NCBI GenBank assembly: GCA_045617645.1
Contig: JAZLIY010000104.1
Location: 69,830-133,829 of the forward strand
Reading direction: 5' to 3'
Source of the DNA: Bacteroidaceae bacterium
GTDB taxonomy: Bacteria > Bacteroidota > Bacteroidia > Bacteroidales > Bacteroidaceae
Length of the DNA stretch: 64,000 bases
Made by a program: the position numbers and the translations under genes. How positions within the stretch are numbered: position 1 is the stretch's first letter; each line of letters begins with the position of its first letter. The notes beneath the pieces are model-generated. The model did no database searches. It was given only the letters and a program-made list of their open reading frames with translations, and had not been told where the DNA came from. Below are positions 48,588 to 57,472 of this stretch, one piece after another.

Positions 48588-50027
48588 TCAGCTTCTGGAT
48601 GGCATCCACTCAGTGTAGATGGGATCCCCTTTCTTACCATAGCATTCACAGGGACGTACAACGAAACGGATGTCCTGGAATTCCGGCAGTTCACCTTCGC
48701 CGAAAACACAGATTACTTCGTTCTCGTCCTGTGCCTCGCCCAACATACATCCGGGCGAGAAGACACGCTTCGTTAGATAGACCTTTACAACATCGGTCAC
48801 TTGTGGATGACGGCCTTCGACTTGAATCTCATAGTCAAAGGCGCGTACACCGATGCGTTTCTTCAACACTGAAGGGAAATGAACCGTTACCTGCTTTTGT
48901 GCTACCCCGTAACGATCCTTGCCCTCGGCACGGGTAACGCTGACGGCATCTCCCTTAGCAAACTGGGGAACCTTGGCCACCTTGGCACGATAGGCATCTG
49001 TCATCGTTTCATCCTTGCCCAAGGGCAGAGGAATGATCCAATTGTCGCCCAACGACTGATCATATACAAATTCCCTACGCTCGATGGTAATGCAATCATC
49101 GTAAATCTGCATAACCATACCTTGTTTGCAATTTCCAGTTGAGATAGCGGGCATCTGAGACGGTATCTTGTTGCGTTCTCCATCTACGACGGAATTTTCG
49201 CGACCGCCCTTAGGACACAGGTAGGAAAGGGAAGACGTACCGATACTGGTAAAGGCTCCCTGCCACAGGTCACGATCATCATTGAGGGGTGAATGGGAAT
49301 GACCGGAAAAAGCCACAGCATTTCTGTATTGGCTAAGCAACTGGGTAACGGAACCGTCATCCATGCCCCATACCCAGGGCCCATTGCAACTGTTTCTGGG
49401 ATGCGGGTGCTGGATATAGAAAAACGGTTTGTCGGATACCAGCTTGTCACGATTGGCCATGAGCACTTCTTCCAGCCCAGGCATATTTCCCGGATGCCAA
49501 TGGCCACCGATGAAATAATAGCCCTTGACATTCTTCAGCCATACAGGAGTATATTTCTCGTGGAAAAGTTTCTTCCATGTCTTGTCGGGATGCAGACCTA
49601 TGGCCTCTGCCTCTATCTGTACATCTGTCATACCCTTCTCTTTATTTCTGTCGTGTACCCAATTATGTCCATCGATATCATGATTTCCATAAACAAAGAG
49701 TTTCTCCACGTGTTTTTTCTTCAAACCGGTATCCTTGGGAAAGACCTTGTACCATGCATCGGCCACCATTTTCAATTCAGATTCCTGACCATGGTCGGCC
49801 AAATCACCGGCCATGATGACGCCATCTACATCCTGCTCGCGGAAATATTCCAGAGCATGAATGAAAATGTTCTGTGTATTCTCGTCTTGGACATGGATGT
49901 CACTGAGAATGCCTATACGCAAATTAGGTTGACCTAAAACACTAACCTTGGATGCGAATGTTGGCAGATCCAGACAAACTGCACCTGCCAACATAAATGT
50001 ACTTTGCAAAAAATTTCTTCTATTCAT
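48588..50027 (-). CDS. Tat-exported metallophosphoesterase (calcineurin-like)
   Basis: Twin-arginine signal MNRRNFLQSTFMLAGA. Phosphoesterase motifs SDIHV, GDLADHG, GNHD and GHWH..GHSH. Confidence 0.85.
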   Translation of the reverse strand: MNRRNFLQSTFMLAGAVCLDLPTFASKVSVLGQPNLRIGILSDIHVQDENTQNIFIHALEYFREQDVDGVIMAGDLADHGQESELKMVADAWYKVFPKDTGLKKKHVEKLFVYGNHDIDGHNWVHDRNKEKGMTDVQIEAEAIGLHPDKTWKKLFHEKYTPVWLKNVKGYYFIGGHWHPGNMPGLEEVLMANRDKLVSDKPFFYIQHPHPRNSCNGPWVWGMDDGSVTQLLSQYRNAVAFSGHSHSPLNDDRDLWQGAFTSIGTSSLSYLCPKGGRENSVVDGERNKIPSQMPAISTGNCKQGMVMQIYDDCITIERREFVYDQSLGDNWIIPLPLGKDETMTDAYRAKVAKVPQFAKGDAVSVTRAEGKDRYGVAQKQVTVHFPSVLKKRIGVRAFDYEIQVEGRHPQVTDVVKVYLTKRVFSPGCMLGEAQDENEVICVFGEGELPEFQDIRFVVRPCECYGKKGDPIYTEWMPSRS

Positions 50028-50065
50028 TATATATTTTCTATGTTTTCAAAAACGATGCCCCATTA

Positions 50066-51652
50066 TCAAAACTTGAAACCAAGGGTCATGGCTATCTGGT
50101 GACGGGTAAGATCAACATTCACGGGATCCAAACGGATTCCTGCAAAGTCAGGATGATCCTGTACAAACTGAGTTTCATTAGTAAAGGAATCATCGAAGGC
50201 AAAGAAGTCACCACTCTGATTACGAATCTTATACACCAGGTCGGCATAGAAATGCTTGTACTTGTAGCCAAGACCAAGGGTGAGAATGTTTACACCACCT
50301 TGATTCATGAAGCTGGTACTGGTCATATAGTCCATGGCATAGCTGTCTATATGGCTATCCAGGAAGGCACCTTTCTTGTAGATACTGCTGATGTAGTTGT
50401 AACCTAGACGTAAGGCCCAGTTTTCAGAGGGCTTGTATTCAAAGCCAACCTTTGCAGTGTGCTGTCCCTGCAATGTATTCTTTGTCAGACGGTTCATCTC
50501 TACATCATTTGTAGTATAGCTACTATAATAGTCACCCGTATCGTAACTCATGCGCTCCTTGCCGTAGTTGGCAAATTCATATTCAGCCCCCCAGGCAAAG
50601 GATCTGCCTACAGTACTACCCAGACTCAGGCGGACACGCCAGGGAGTACGAAGATTGTACTCCAGATAACTATCATCGTATCCGGTGTGGTTGTAATAGC
50701 CGTTCTCCAAATAATTACCCTTATCGTCATACTTGCTGTCTATGCTGTGCCAAACGGTATTGCGAAGACTGTACCATGTAGGTGTCTCCATCGTAATGCC
50801 AAAACGGAATGGACTTTCCTCGATGGGACGGATAATGGTTCCCAGTTTGATGTTTACACCGAAGCCGGAAGTATGCTGGTCGTTGTAAAGGGTATAGTTC
50901 TCGTAAGGGGCATTGATATCCATCGGGCGAAACTCGGTGTAGGTACTATACCGGTCGTAATCGACATTCACGCAACCCAAGGTGAAACCGAAATAGTAAC
51001 GGTCGTTGCTGTTGAAACTGAGGTTGAGGTCGAAATCCTGGGTGGAACCCTTAGTATAATTGGCATACTGATTGTTGGTCGCTCCGTAACCATTATAGAA
51101 GCCAGCCTTGTCGTAACCCAACAAAGAGGCATAACCGGCTGTCCCCAGAAGTCCGTATGCATTATCCAACAACTCCTCTGGGCCACTGTACCATGTATTG
51201 CAGATGCTGGCAAACTGATCGGCTTGGGAAAGTCCACGCAGATTATGGTTGTCGGCATAGTAGCCATTGGCAAAGTTGAAATGTTTCTGGTAGTTGAAGG
51301 CAAAGTTGACAAACTGAACATTCTCCCCTCCTACCCTGAAAGCTGCCACGAAACCCATCTGGTCGAAGCTACCATGCGTCAGGTTGTCTTCCTGATAGTC
51401 TCTGTTCTTGGGCCAAAGGGCACCTGCCGTCAGAGAGAAATCACTCTTACGGAACATACCTATGGCTGCCGGATTGCTACTAATGGCAGATATGTCGGCT
51501 CCCAAAGCGCCTAATGCACCACCCATGGACACATAACGGGCTGTACCAATGAGATCGGAACTGCTGCTTAGTTCAGCATTGGAATAGGTATTCTGAGCAA
51601 AAGAACCTATTGAAACCAGGAGCAAACCTCCTAAAAGAATACTTTTCTTCAT
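50066..51652 (-). CDS. Outer-membrane beta-barrel protein, FadL/PorV-like (uncharacterised family)
   Basis: Signal peptide MKKSILLGGLLLVSIGSFAQ. An N-terminal GTARYVSMGGALGALGADISAISSNPAA motif is typical of FadL/PorV-type barrels. The sequence is aromatic-alternating throughout and ends in terminal F (..MTLGFKF). The start is set at ATG 51652. Confidence 0.8.
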   Translation of the reverse strand: MKKSILLGGLLLVSIGSFAQNTYSNAELSSSSDLIGTARYVSMGGALGALGADISAISSNPAAIGMFRKSDFSLTAGALWPKNRDYQEDNLTHGSFDQMGFVAAFRVGGENVQFVNFAFNYQKHFNFANGYYADNHNLRGLSQADQFASICNTWYSGPEELLDNAYGLLGTAGYASLLGYDKAGFYNGYGATNNQYANYTKGSTQDFDLNLSFNSNDRYYFGFTLGCVNVDYDRYSTYTEFRPMDINAPYENYTLYNDQHTSGFGVNIKLGTIIRPIEESPFRFGITMETPTWYSLRNTVWHSIDSKYDDKGNYLENGYYNHTGYDDSYLEYNLRTPWRVRLSLGSTVGRSFAWGAEYEFANYGKERMSYDTGDYYSSYTTNDVEMNRLTKNTLQGQHTAKVGFEYKPSENWALRLGYNYISSIYKKGAFLDSHIDSYAMDYMTSTSFMNQGGVNILTLGLGYKYKHFYADLVYKIRNQSGDFFAFDDSFTNETQFVQDHPDFAGIRLDPVNVDLTRHQIAMTLGFKF

Positions 51653-51682
51653 ATGTTGCAAATGTATTAAATTATTTTTCAA

Positions 51683-52735
51683 TTATCTGCCTCCACGGCC
51701 ACCGCCACCGTGACCACCGCCGCTGAAGCCACCGCCGCTGAAGCCACCGCCACTACGTCCGCCGCCGCTAAAACCTCCGCTACGACCGCCACTGACGCTA
51801 CTGCTGCGTGAACTGGAAGTAGAACTGCTACCCCTGGACACACTGCCGACAGAGGGTGAGGAACTGCGACCTCCACGGGATACAGAGCCCAATGAGGAGT
51901 TGCTACTGCGACCAGTACTTCTGCCAGCGTTAACAGTACCTCTGCCGCCATTGAGAGAGCGATTGACTCCGGAGCGTGTACCTGTGACCATATTATTACC
52001 CAAACGTCCGCCACGGACACCACCACGAGAAGCTAAGCCACTTCTACCGGCAACAGGCCTGCGTCCACCATACTGTGCAGCACGATAATTGCCGTGGTGT
52101 ATGCCAGGATGACCGGGACCATATCCCCATCCGTAATAGTGATGATGGAAACCGCCCCATCCCCATCCGTATCCGTATGGATGCCAAGACCACATGGGTC
52201 CCCAGCCCCAGTCATACCAACTGCTCCAACCTAAACGGAAGTAAGGTCCATAATAGCCATACCATGGATCGAACCAAGGATCATAGAAGCCGTATGCGAT
52301 ATCCCACATGATGGGATCGTAGTAGTGATAACCATGGTAGCGAGACAAACGATTCGAATAGCAATAGTCATCGTCATAATAATTATCGCCAGAATACTCA
52401 TTCCTTTGCTCCGTGAGCGGATAGGACTCCACAATGGCAGAATCCGTATTTACATACAAGGTGTCATTCACTATCCTGGCAGAAACACCAGAGGGGTTTC
52501 TACCCGAACGACGATTGTAGTCATCCGAATTGCGCAAGGTTCCAGTATGGTAATCTGCATTGGCATCAGCATCGTTGCTGGCATCTCTTTCAACAACCCT
52601 TACATTATTTCTATTGATACTGGAAGTCTGTGCTTTTTTCTTGGATGGAACAAAATACATATCGTCATCGTCCTGAGCATTGAGAACGAAAGGCATGCCT
52701 AAAAGCACTGCAAAAAGTAAGATTTTCCTTTTCAT
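51683..52735 (-). CDS. Secreted low-complexity protein: acidic/polar N-region, Trp/Tyr/Gly-rich core (YxWGxW-like repeats), Arg/Gly/Ser-rich (RGG/SGG) tail
   Basis: Signal peptide MKRKILLFAVLLGMPFVLNAQ. The core reads ...DPWFDPWYGYYGPYFRLGWSSWYDWGWGPMWSWHPYGYGWGWGGFHHHYYGWGYGPG.... The tail reads ...GGRSGGFSGGGRSGGGFSGGGFSGGGHGGGGRGGR. A -7 box lies upstream, and it sits 30 nt upstream of the barrel gene. Confidence 0.75.
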   Translation of the reverse strand: MKRKILLFAVLLGMPFVLNAQDDDDMYFVPSKKKAQTSSINRNNVRVVERDASNDADANADYHTGTLRNSDDYNRRSGRNPSGVSARIVNDTLYVNTDSAIVESYPLTEQRNEYSGDNYYDDDYCYSNRLSRYHGYHYYDPIMWDIAYGFYDPWFDPWYGYYGPYFRLGWSSWYDWGWGPMWSWHPYGYGWGWGGFHHHYYGWGYGPGHPGIHHGNYRAAQYGGRRPVAGRSGLASRGGVRGGRLGNNMVTGTRSGVNRSLNGGRGTVNAGRSTGRSSNSSLGSVSRGGRSSSPSVGSVSRGSSSTSSSRSSSVSGGRSGGFSGGGRSGGGFSGGGFSGGGHGGGGRGGR

Positions 52736-52762
52736 ATTCCACATATTTTTAAGTTCACGTTA

Positions 52763-52770
52763 CAAAAGTA
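52763..52770 (-). promoter_or_regulatory. Bacteroidetes -7 box (TActTTTG on minus strand) for the low-complexity protein/barrel operon
   Basis: Reverse complement of caaaagta. It lies 27 nt upstream of ATG 52735. Confidence 0.5.
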
Positions 52771-52943
52771 CTTTCTTTTTGCGACAATGCCAAAGGGAAT
52801 TTGCCTATTTTGTGGGGGAAAATCCCTTGCATTGATATTTAGAGCATATATGAAGGCGGAAATTAGAATTTAAATCCAATATACATTGTTATTTTACAAT
52901 GAAAATTATGCATTGTCCATTATGATTTATAATTTATATTTAT

Positions 52944-52951
52944 TACCTTTG
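52944..52951 (+). promoter_or_regulatory. Bacteroidetes -7 box TAccTTTG for prmA
   Basis: tacctttg ends 8 nt before the ATG at 52960, which implies a leaderless or near-leaderless mRNA. Confidence 0.5.
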
Positions 52952-52959
52952 CAAACATT

Positions 52960-53829
52960 ATGAAATACTACGAGGTTACCTTTCAGATGGAGCCCTGCAA
53001 CAACGACTTTGCAGACGTGCTGTCCGCCCTGATTGCAGAAATTGGGTTCGAGACATTTGAACCTACGGAAAACGGGTTAAGAGCATACATTCAGCAGGAA
53101 TTGCTGGACGAAGACGAACTGAATGCCGTAATAGAGACGTTCCCTATTCCAGGAACTGCAATAACATATAATAAAGTAGAAGCGTTAGACGAAAACTGGA
53201 ACAAGGTATGGGAGGAGGAAGGTTTCCAGCCGATTTCCATAGATCATGAAATCTACATCCACGACAAAGACCTGCCCTGTGTACCCGATGTGACATACGA
53301 CATAAAGATTCATCCACAACAAGCCTTTGGCACAGGCAGTCATCAGACGACACGGATGATTCTGATGCAACTATTGGAAATGGACCTGAAAGGCAAAACC
53401 GTGGTGGATGCAGGCACTGGAACAGGCATCCTGACCATCATGGCACACATGAGGGGGGCAAGCCATATATATGCCTATGACATCGATGAATGGAGCGTCA
53501 GGAATGCAAAAGAGAACCTAAGCATAAACGATGTTACGGAAAACGTTGAGGTACTCATGGGTGACTGCCAAGTGCTAAGAGATATCCGAAACACAGATTT
53601 GCTGCTAGCCAACATAAACCGAAACATACTACTGCATGATATGCCCGAGTTCAAGAAAGCCCTGGCTCCGAAAGGCAAGTTACTGATAAGCGGTTTCTAC
53701 CAAGAGGATATTCCGATGCTGGAAGAACAAGCAAACAAACTGGGACTGTACTTAAAGGGCAAAAGATTTGAAGAGGAATGGACTATGCTCCTATTCGAAT
53801 CGAATGCTTTTGGCAGGACGGATATTTGA
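52960..53829 (+). CDS. prmA: Ribosomal protein L11 methyltransferase
   Basis: MKYYEVTF... N-domain, I.I.P..AFGTGSH.TT, and SAM motif VVDAGTGTGIL. Confidence 0.9.
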   Translation: MKYYEVTFQMEPCNNDFADVLSALIAEIGFETFEPTENGLRAYIQQELLDEDELNAVIETFPIPGTAITYNKVEALDENWNKVWEEEGFQPISIDHEIYIHDKDLPCVPDVTYDIKIHPQQAFGTGSHQTTRMILMQLLEMDLKGKTVVDAGTGTGILTIMAHMRGASHIYAYDIDEWSVRNAKENLSINDVTENVEVLMGDCQVLRDIRNTDLLLANINRNILLHDMPEFKKALAPKGKLLISGFYQEDIPMLEEQANKLGLYLKGKRFEEEWTMLLFESNAFGRTDI

Positions 53830-55032
53830 AATCAGAAGACTTGGGATAATGAGTGCCAAAACGCTTACAATAAGCGTGCACACATTAATAAGGAAAATAT
53901 AGTTCCAATTGATCAGCAGGGGTACCCGGTCCATGTAATAATTCTGTGGATCCAGATGAATAGCACCTGTCGTATTTTGAAATATTATCAAAAGAAAGGC
54001 TATTATATTGCCAACAACCAGACCACGTAGGATGATAAGTCCTGCAAAATACAAGAATGTACGGCGCAGCAGAGCATTTGTAGAGCCCAAAGCCTTCATC
54101 ACACCAATAAAATTGGTTCTTTCGAGTATGATGATAAGCAATCCGCTGATCATGGTAAAGCCGGCAACACATATCATCAGCACCAAAATAACCCATACAT
54201 CCGTATCAAGCAAATCCAACCACGAAAACATGGAAGGGTAAATCTCCTTGATCGTAGGCGATGTATAATAATGGCCGTAAACATCCTGAGTATGATTGAC
54301 ACTATCTACGATTCGTGCAGAGACATCATCCAGTTCGCTGAAATCCCTCAGCAATATTTCAGCACCGGAATATTCATCATCATTCCACCCGCATAACTGG
54401 TGGACGGTATAAATATCAGCAAAAATCAAACGGTTGTCCAAGTCCGACAAATTTGTGCAATAGATACCTTTGACAAAGAATCGACGGGCACGCACATTCT
54501 TCTCGAAAAAATAGGCATAGACACGATCCCCAACTTTCAGTTTCATCTGTTTGGCCAAATTGCTGGAAATCACGATCCCTTCGCTGGACACGCTGTCAGA
54601 AAAATTAGGCAATGTACCATCTGTCAGATGTTTGACCAAAAAAGTAGTATCGTATTCTTGTCCCACACCACGAAAGGCTACGCCACGAAAGGTATCATCC
54701 GTTTTCAGCATACCCGTTTTCTGACAGAAACGCTGTACATGACGAACGCCCTCTACCGAAGACAAACGATGTATGATGGCGCTATCTACAACAATAGGAA
54801 GAGACTCCGAATTTGCACCGCTCTCATAATTTATGACTTGTATATGGGAACCCAAACCAAATATCTTTTCGCGTATTTCCGTTTGGAAACCCATGACTAT
54901 ACAAACACTGATTATCATTACAGTTACGCCTATTGCCACACCGGCCGTAGCTATTTGGATAGCAGGACGGGACACACGTTTGCTGTTGTCTGAGTGAAAG
55001 AACAAACGTTTGGCAATATAAAGTGGTAGCAT
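53791..55032 (-). CDS. ABC transporter permease, FtsX/LolC-LolE family
   Basis: 413 aa. It has an N-terminal TM, a large periplasmic loop and 3 C-terminal TMs, with MKALG and terminal ..IRPAKSIRFE. Confidence 0.9.
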   Translation of the reverse strand: MLPLYIAKRLFFHSDNSKRVSRPAIQIATAGVAIGVTVMIISVCIVMGFQTEIREKIFGLGSHIQVINYESGANSESLPIVVDSAIIHRLSSVEGVRHVQRFCQKTGMLKTDDTFRGVAFRGVGQEYDTTFLVKHLTDGTLPNFSDSVSSEGIVISSNLAKQMKLKVGDRVYAYFFEKNVRARRFFVKGIYCTNLSDLDNRLIFADIYTVHQLCGWNDDEYSGAEILLRDFSELDDVSARIVDSVNHTQDVYGHYYTSPTIKEIYPSMFSWLDLLDTDVWVILVLMICVAGFTMISGLLIIILERTNFIGVMKALGSTNALLRRTFLYFAGLIILRGLVVGNIIAFLLIIFQNTTGAIHLDPQNYYMDRVPLLINWNYIFLINVCTLIVSVLALIIPSLLISNIRPAKSIRFE

Positions 55033-55056
55033 AGAAATACAAAGGATTGAAAATTA

Positions 55057-56256
55057 TTATGACTTGCGTCCAGGGTATTCCTCTAATGCCCTCCGTAAAA
55101 CGATCAAGGCGCGATTCAAATCTTCTTTCTTCAACACGTATGCCAAACGTACCTGGTCGATTCCAGCACCTGGTGTGGTATAGAAACCAGCTGCAGGAGC
55201 CATCATAACAGTTGCTCCTTCATATTGGAAATCGCTCAGACACCAAGCGCAAAATTTTTCGGCATCATCAACGGGTAATTTAGCCACCGTATAGAATGCC
55301 CCCATAGGGATTGGACTATAAACGTCTGGAATGCGGTTCAATCCGTCTATAAGGCATTTACGTCGTTCTACATATTCATCGTATACCTCACGCCCATATT
55401 CTTCGGGAGAATCCAAACTGGCTTCTGCCGCAATCTGGCCAATCAGTGGAGGACTCAGCCTGGCCTGACAGAACTTCATAACGGCCTTGCGAACCTCTAC
55501 GTTTTTTGTAATTAGAGCACCTATACGTATGCCACATTCACTATAACGCTTACTAACGGAATCTATCAACACAACATTATCCTCAATACCATCCAGGTGG
55601 CAGGCACTGATATAAGGACTGCCCGTATAGATAAACTCACGATAAACCTCATCCGAAAACAAATACAGATCATACTTCTTTACTAAGTCACGGATTTGGT
55701 TCATTTCTCTGCGTGTATAGAGATAGCCAGTGGGATTGTTCGGATTACAAATCAGGATAGCCCTTGTCCTTTCATTTATCAATTCTTCAAACTTTTCTAC
55801 CTTGGGAAGTGAAAAGCCCTCTTCTATTGTGGTAGCGATAGTACGAATGATAGCACCAGCAGAAATGGCAAATGCCATATAGTTGGCATAAGCGGGTTCA
55901 GGGACAATAATTTCATCCCCTGGATTCAGGCAAGCAAGGAAAGAAAAAAGAACAGCTTCTGATCCGCCACTCGTAATAATAATATCTTCCGGAGACAGGT
56001 GTATATTATACTTCTCGTAATACCCCACCAGTTTCTGACGATAACTGAGACAACCTTGTGAGGGGGAATATTCCAGGATCTGACGATCAATATTACGGAT
56101 GGCATCGAGTGCAGCTTTGGGAGTCGGGAGATCCGGCTGACCTATATTCAGATGATAGACATGAACACCTCTTTGTTTTGCAGCAAATGCCAATGGAGCC
56201 AATTTTCGAATTGGTGACTCGGGCATTTCAAACCCACGAATGGAAATTTTCGGCAT
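55057..56256 (-). CDS. Class I/II pyridoxal-phosphate-dependent aminotransferase (aspartate aminotransferase-like)
   Basis: MPESPIRKL...LNIGQPDLPTP...NPNNPTG...SVSKRYSECGIRIG (PLP lysine motif). Confidence 0.9.
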   Translation of the reverse strand: MPKISIRGFEMPESPIRKLAPLAFAAKQRGVHVYHLNIGQPDLPTPKAALDAIRNIDRQILEYSPSQGCLSYRQKLVGYYEKYNIHLSPEDIIITSGGSEAVLFSFLACLNPGDEIIVPEPAYANYMAFAISAGAIIRTIATTIEEGFSLPKVEKFEELINERTRAILICNPNNPTGYLYTRREMNQIRDLVKKYDLYLFSDEVYREFIYTGSPYISACHLDGIEDNVVLIDSVSKRYSECGIRIGALITKNVEVRKAVMKFCQARLSPPLIGQIAAEASLDSPEEYGREVYDEYVERRKCLIDGLNRIPDVYSPIPMGAFYTVAKLPVDDAEKFCAWCLSDFQYEGATVMMAPAAGFYTTPGAGIDQVRLAYVLKKEDLNRALIVLRRALEEYPGRKS

Positions 56257-56315
56257 CTTTCAGATAGCTATTACATATAGAGTTGAAAACAAGTACAAAG
56301 GTACGACAAATATTT

Positions 56316-57455
56316 TTATTGTCCAAAAAAATAATAGTACCAGTAAGTATGTTTATACTTACCTGAACGTAAGTTCTCAAAATTAGGTTCATTAAGACGC
56401 AGAGAGTCGAATGTTAAAAAAGATAATGCCATAATCGAATCTGCATAGAATGAAAACGTATCATGCAACAAGGCTGCATTCAATACGGCAGCTTCTCGAT
56501 AATGAACAGGCATTTCCAAGGAATCCTTTCGTTCAAAAATTTTTTCCGAAAAATCTTTCAGATCTCGATCCAAAAGATAGGCACATAACAAATAATCCAG
56601 AGCTGGAGTATGCGAGTTGCTGTCTAAACGGCATACATGCTCTAGAAATTTTCTGGCATCCGAAATACGGCTGAAATAAGTGGGAGACTCGAAAGAATCA
56701 TATATTTGTTTTGTACAATCATTTACCCGAGTAGTGTCAAGGTATAAAGGCAACAAATCCCGACTGCCATGTATAGGATATGAAAATAGTTCGGAACCAA
56801 TATTACCTGTACACGACAAGGCATAACAACGCATTGCAGACATCATGGGCGTTGTCTCTGTATCATACTTACCTACTTGTAAAGCTTTTTCATACTCTCC
56901 TGACTTTATATATTGAGCCATCAAACTCTCGTGATGGAATTTTACCGTAGAATTACCTATCATGCCAGTTGCAAGAAAAGCCAATGACAAAATCAAAATA
57001 TTAGATGAAAGATAATTGGTAATAGAACTGCGTTCACTGGAAGCATCGGGATATTTCAAGCAAATAAGCAAAACAACAATATATACAATCGAAATGATAG
57101 AGATAAGCACGATATTCTGCGAGCCCATATTCGGACGAATCGTATCGAAATGCCAGCATGTCAACAAAGAAAGCAAAAATGTAGCCGGAACCCATGCCAT
57201 AGCGATAAAGCGTATCGGCAAAGACATAACAGATTGCAGAATCGCCGATAACATGGTCAGCAAAAAGACAATTAATATCGTGCCGACATAGGGATTATAA
57301 GAGGTAACGCCTTTTGATAGAATCGATTGAAGTTGAGCCAGATAATCCGATTGGAAAAGCCACAAATAACACGAAGTAAAAACGACAAAAAGGAAACCGC
57401 AGAGGTATGGCATTACCTTTGCGGCTCTTTTTGTTTTTACAGTCGAATATCTCAC
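56316..57455 (-). CDS. Hypothetical multi-pass membrane protein with C-terminal soluble helical domain
   Basis: The N-terminal ~170 aa have about 6 hydrophobic helices. The C-terminal half is a TPR-like helical region. The start is uncertain (GTG 57455 or ATG 57413). Confidence 0.65.
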   Translation of the reverse strand: MRYSTVKTKRAAKVMPYLCGFLFVVFTSCYLWLFQSDYLAQLQSILSKGVTSYNPYVGTILIVFLLTMLSAILQSVMSLPIRFIAMAWVPATFLLSLLTCWHFDTIRPNMGSQNIVLISIISIVYIVVLLICLKYPDASSERSSITNYLSSNILILSLAFLATGMIGNSTVKFHHESLMAQYIKSGEYEKALQVGKYDTETTPMMSAMRCYALSCTGNIGSELFSYPIHGSRDLLPLYLDTTRVNDCTKQIYDSFESPTYFSRISDARKFLEHVCRLDSNSHTPALDYLLCAYLLDRDLKDFSEKIFERKDSLEMPVHYREAAVLNAALLHDTFSFYADSIMALSFLTFDSLRLNEPNFENLRSGKYKHTYWYYYFFGQ

Positions 57456-57472
57456 AGCTAATTATATACGAT

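Noticed and set aside
50459-51514. 351-aa plus-strand ORF
   Set aside because: It is antisense to the outer-membrane barrel gene. Its V/I/T-rich pseudo-hydrophobic sequence is typical of the reverse frame of beta-barrel genes.
51679-52702. Several alternative-frame ORFs (115 aa minus strand, 62/78/125 aa plus strand, 60/67 aa minus strand) across the low-complexity gene
   Set aside because: They are artefacts of the repetitive G/S/R/W/Y-coding DNA. Only the frame with a signal peptide, a promoter box and a clean stop next to the barrel gene is credible.
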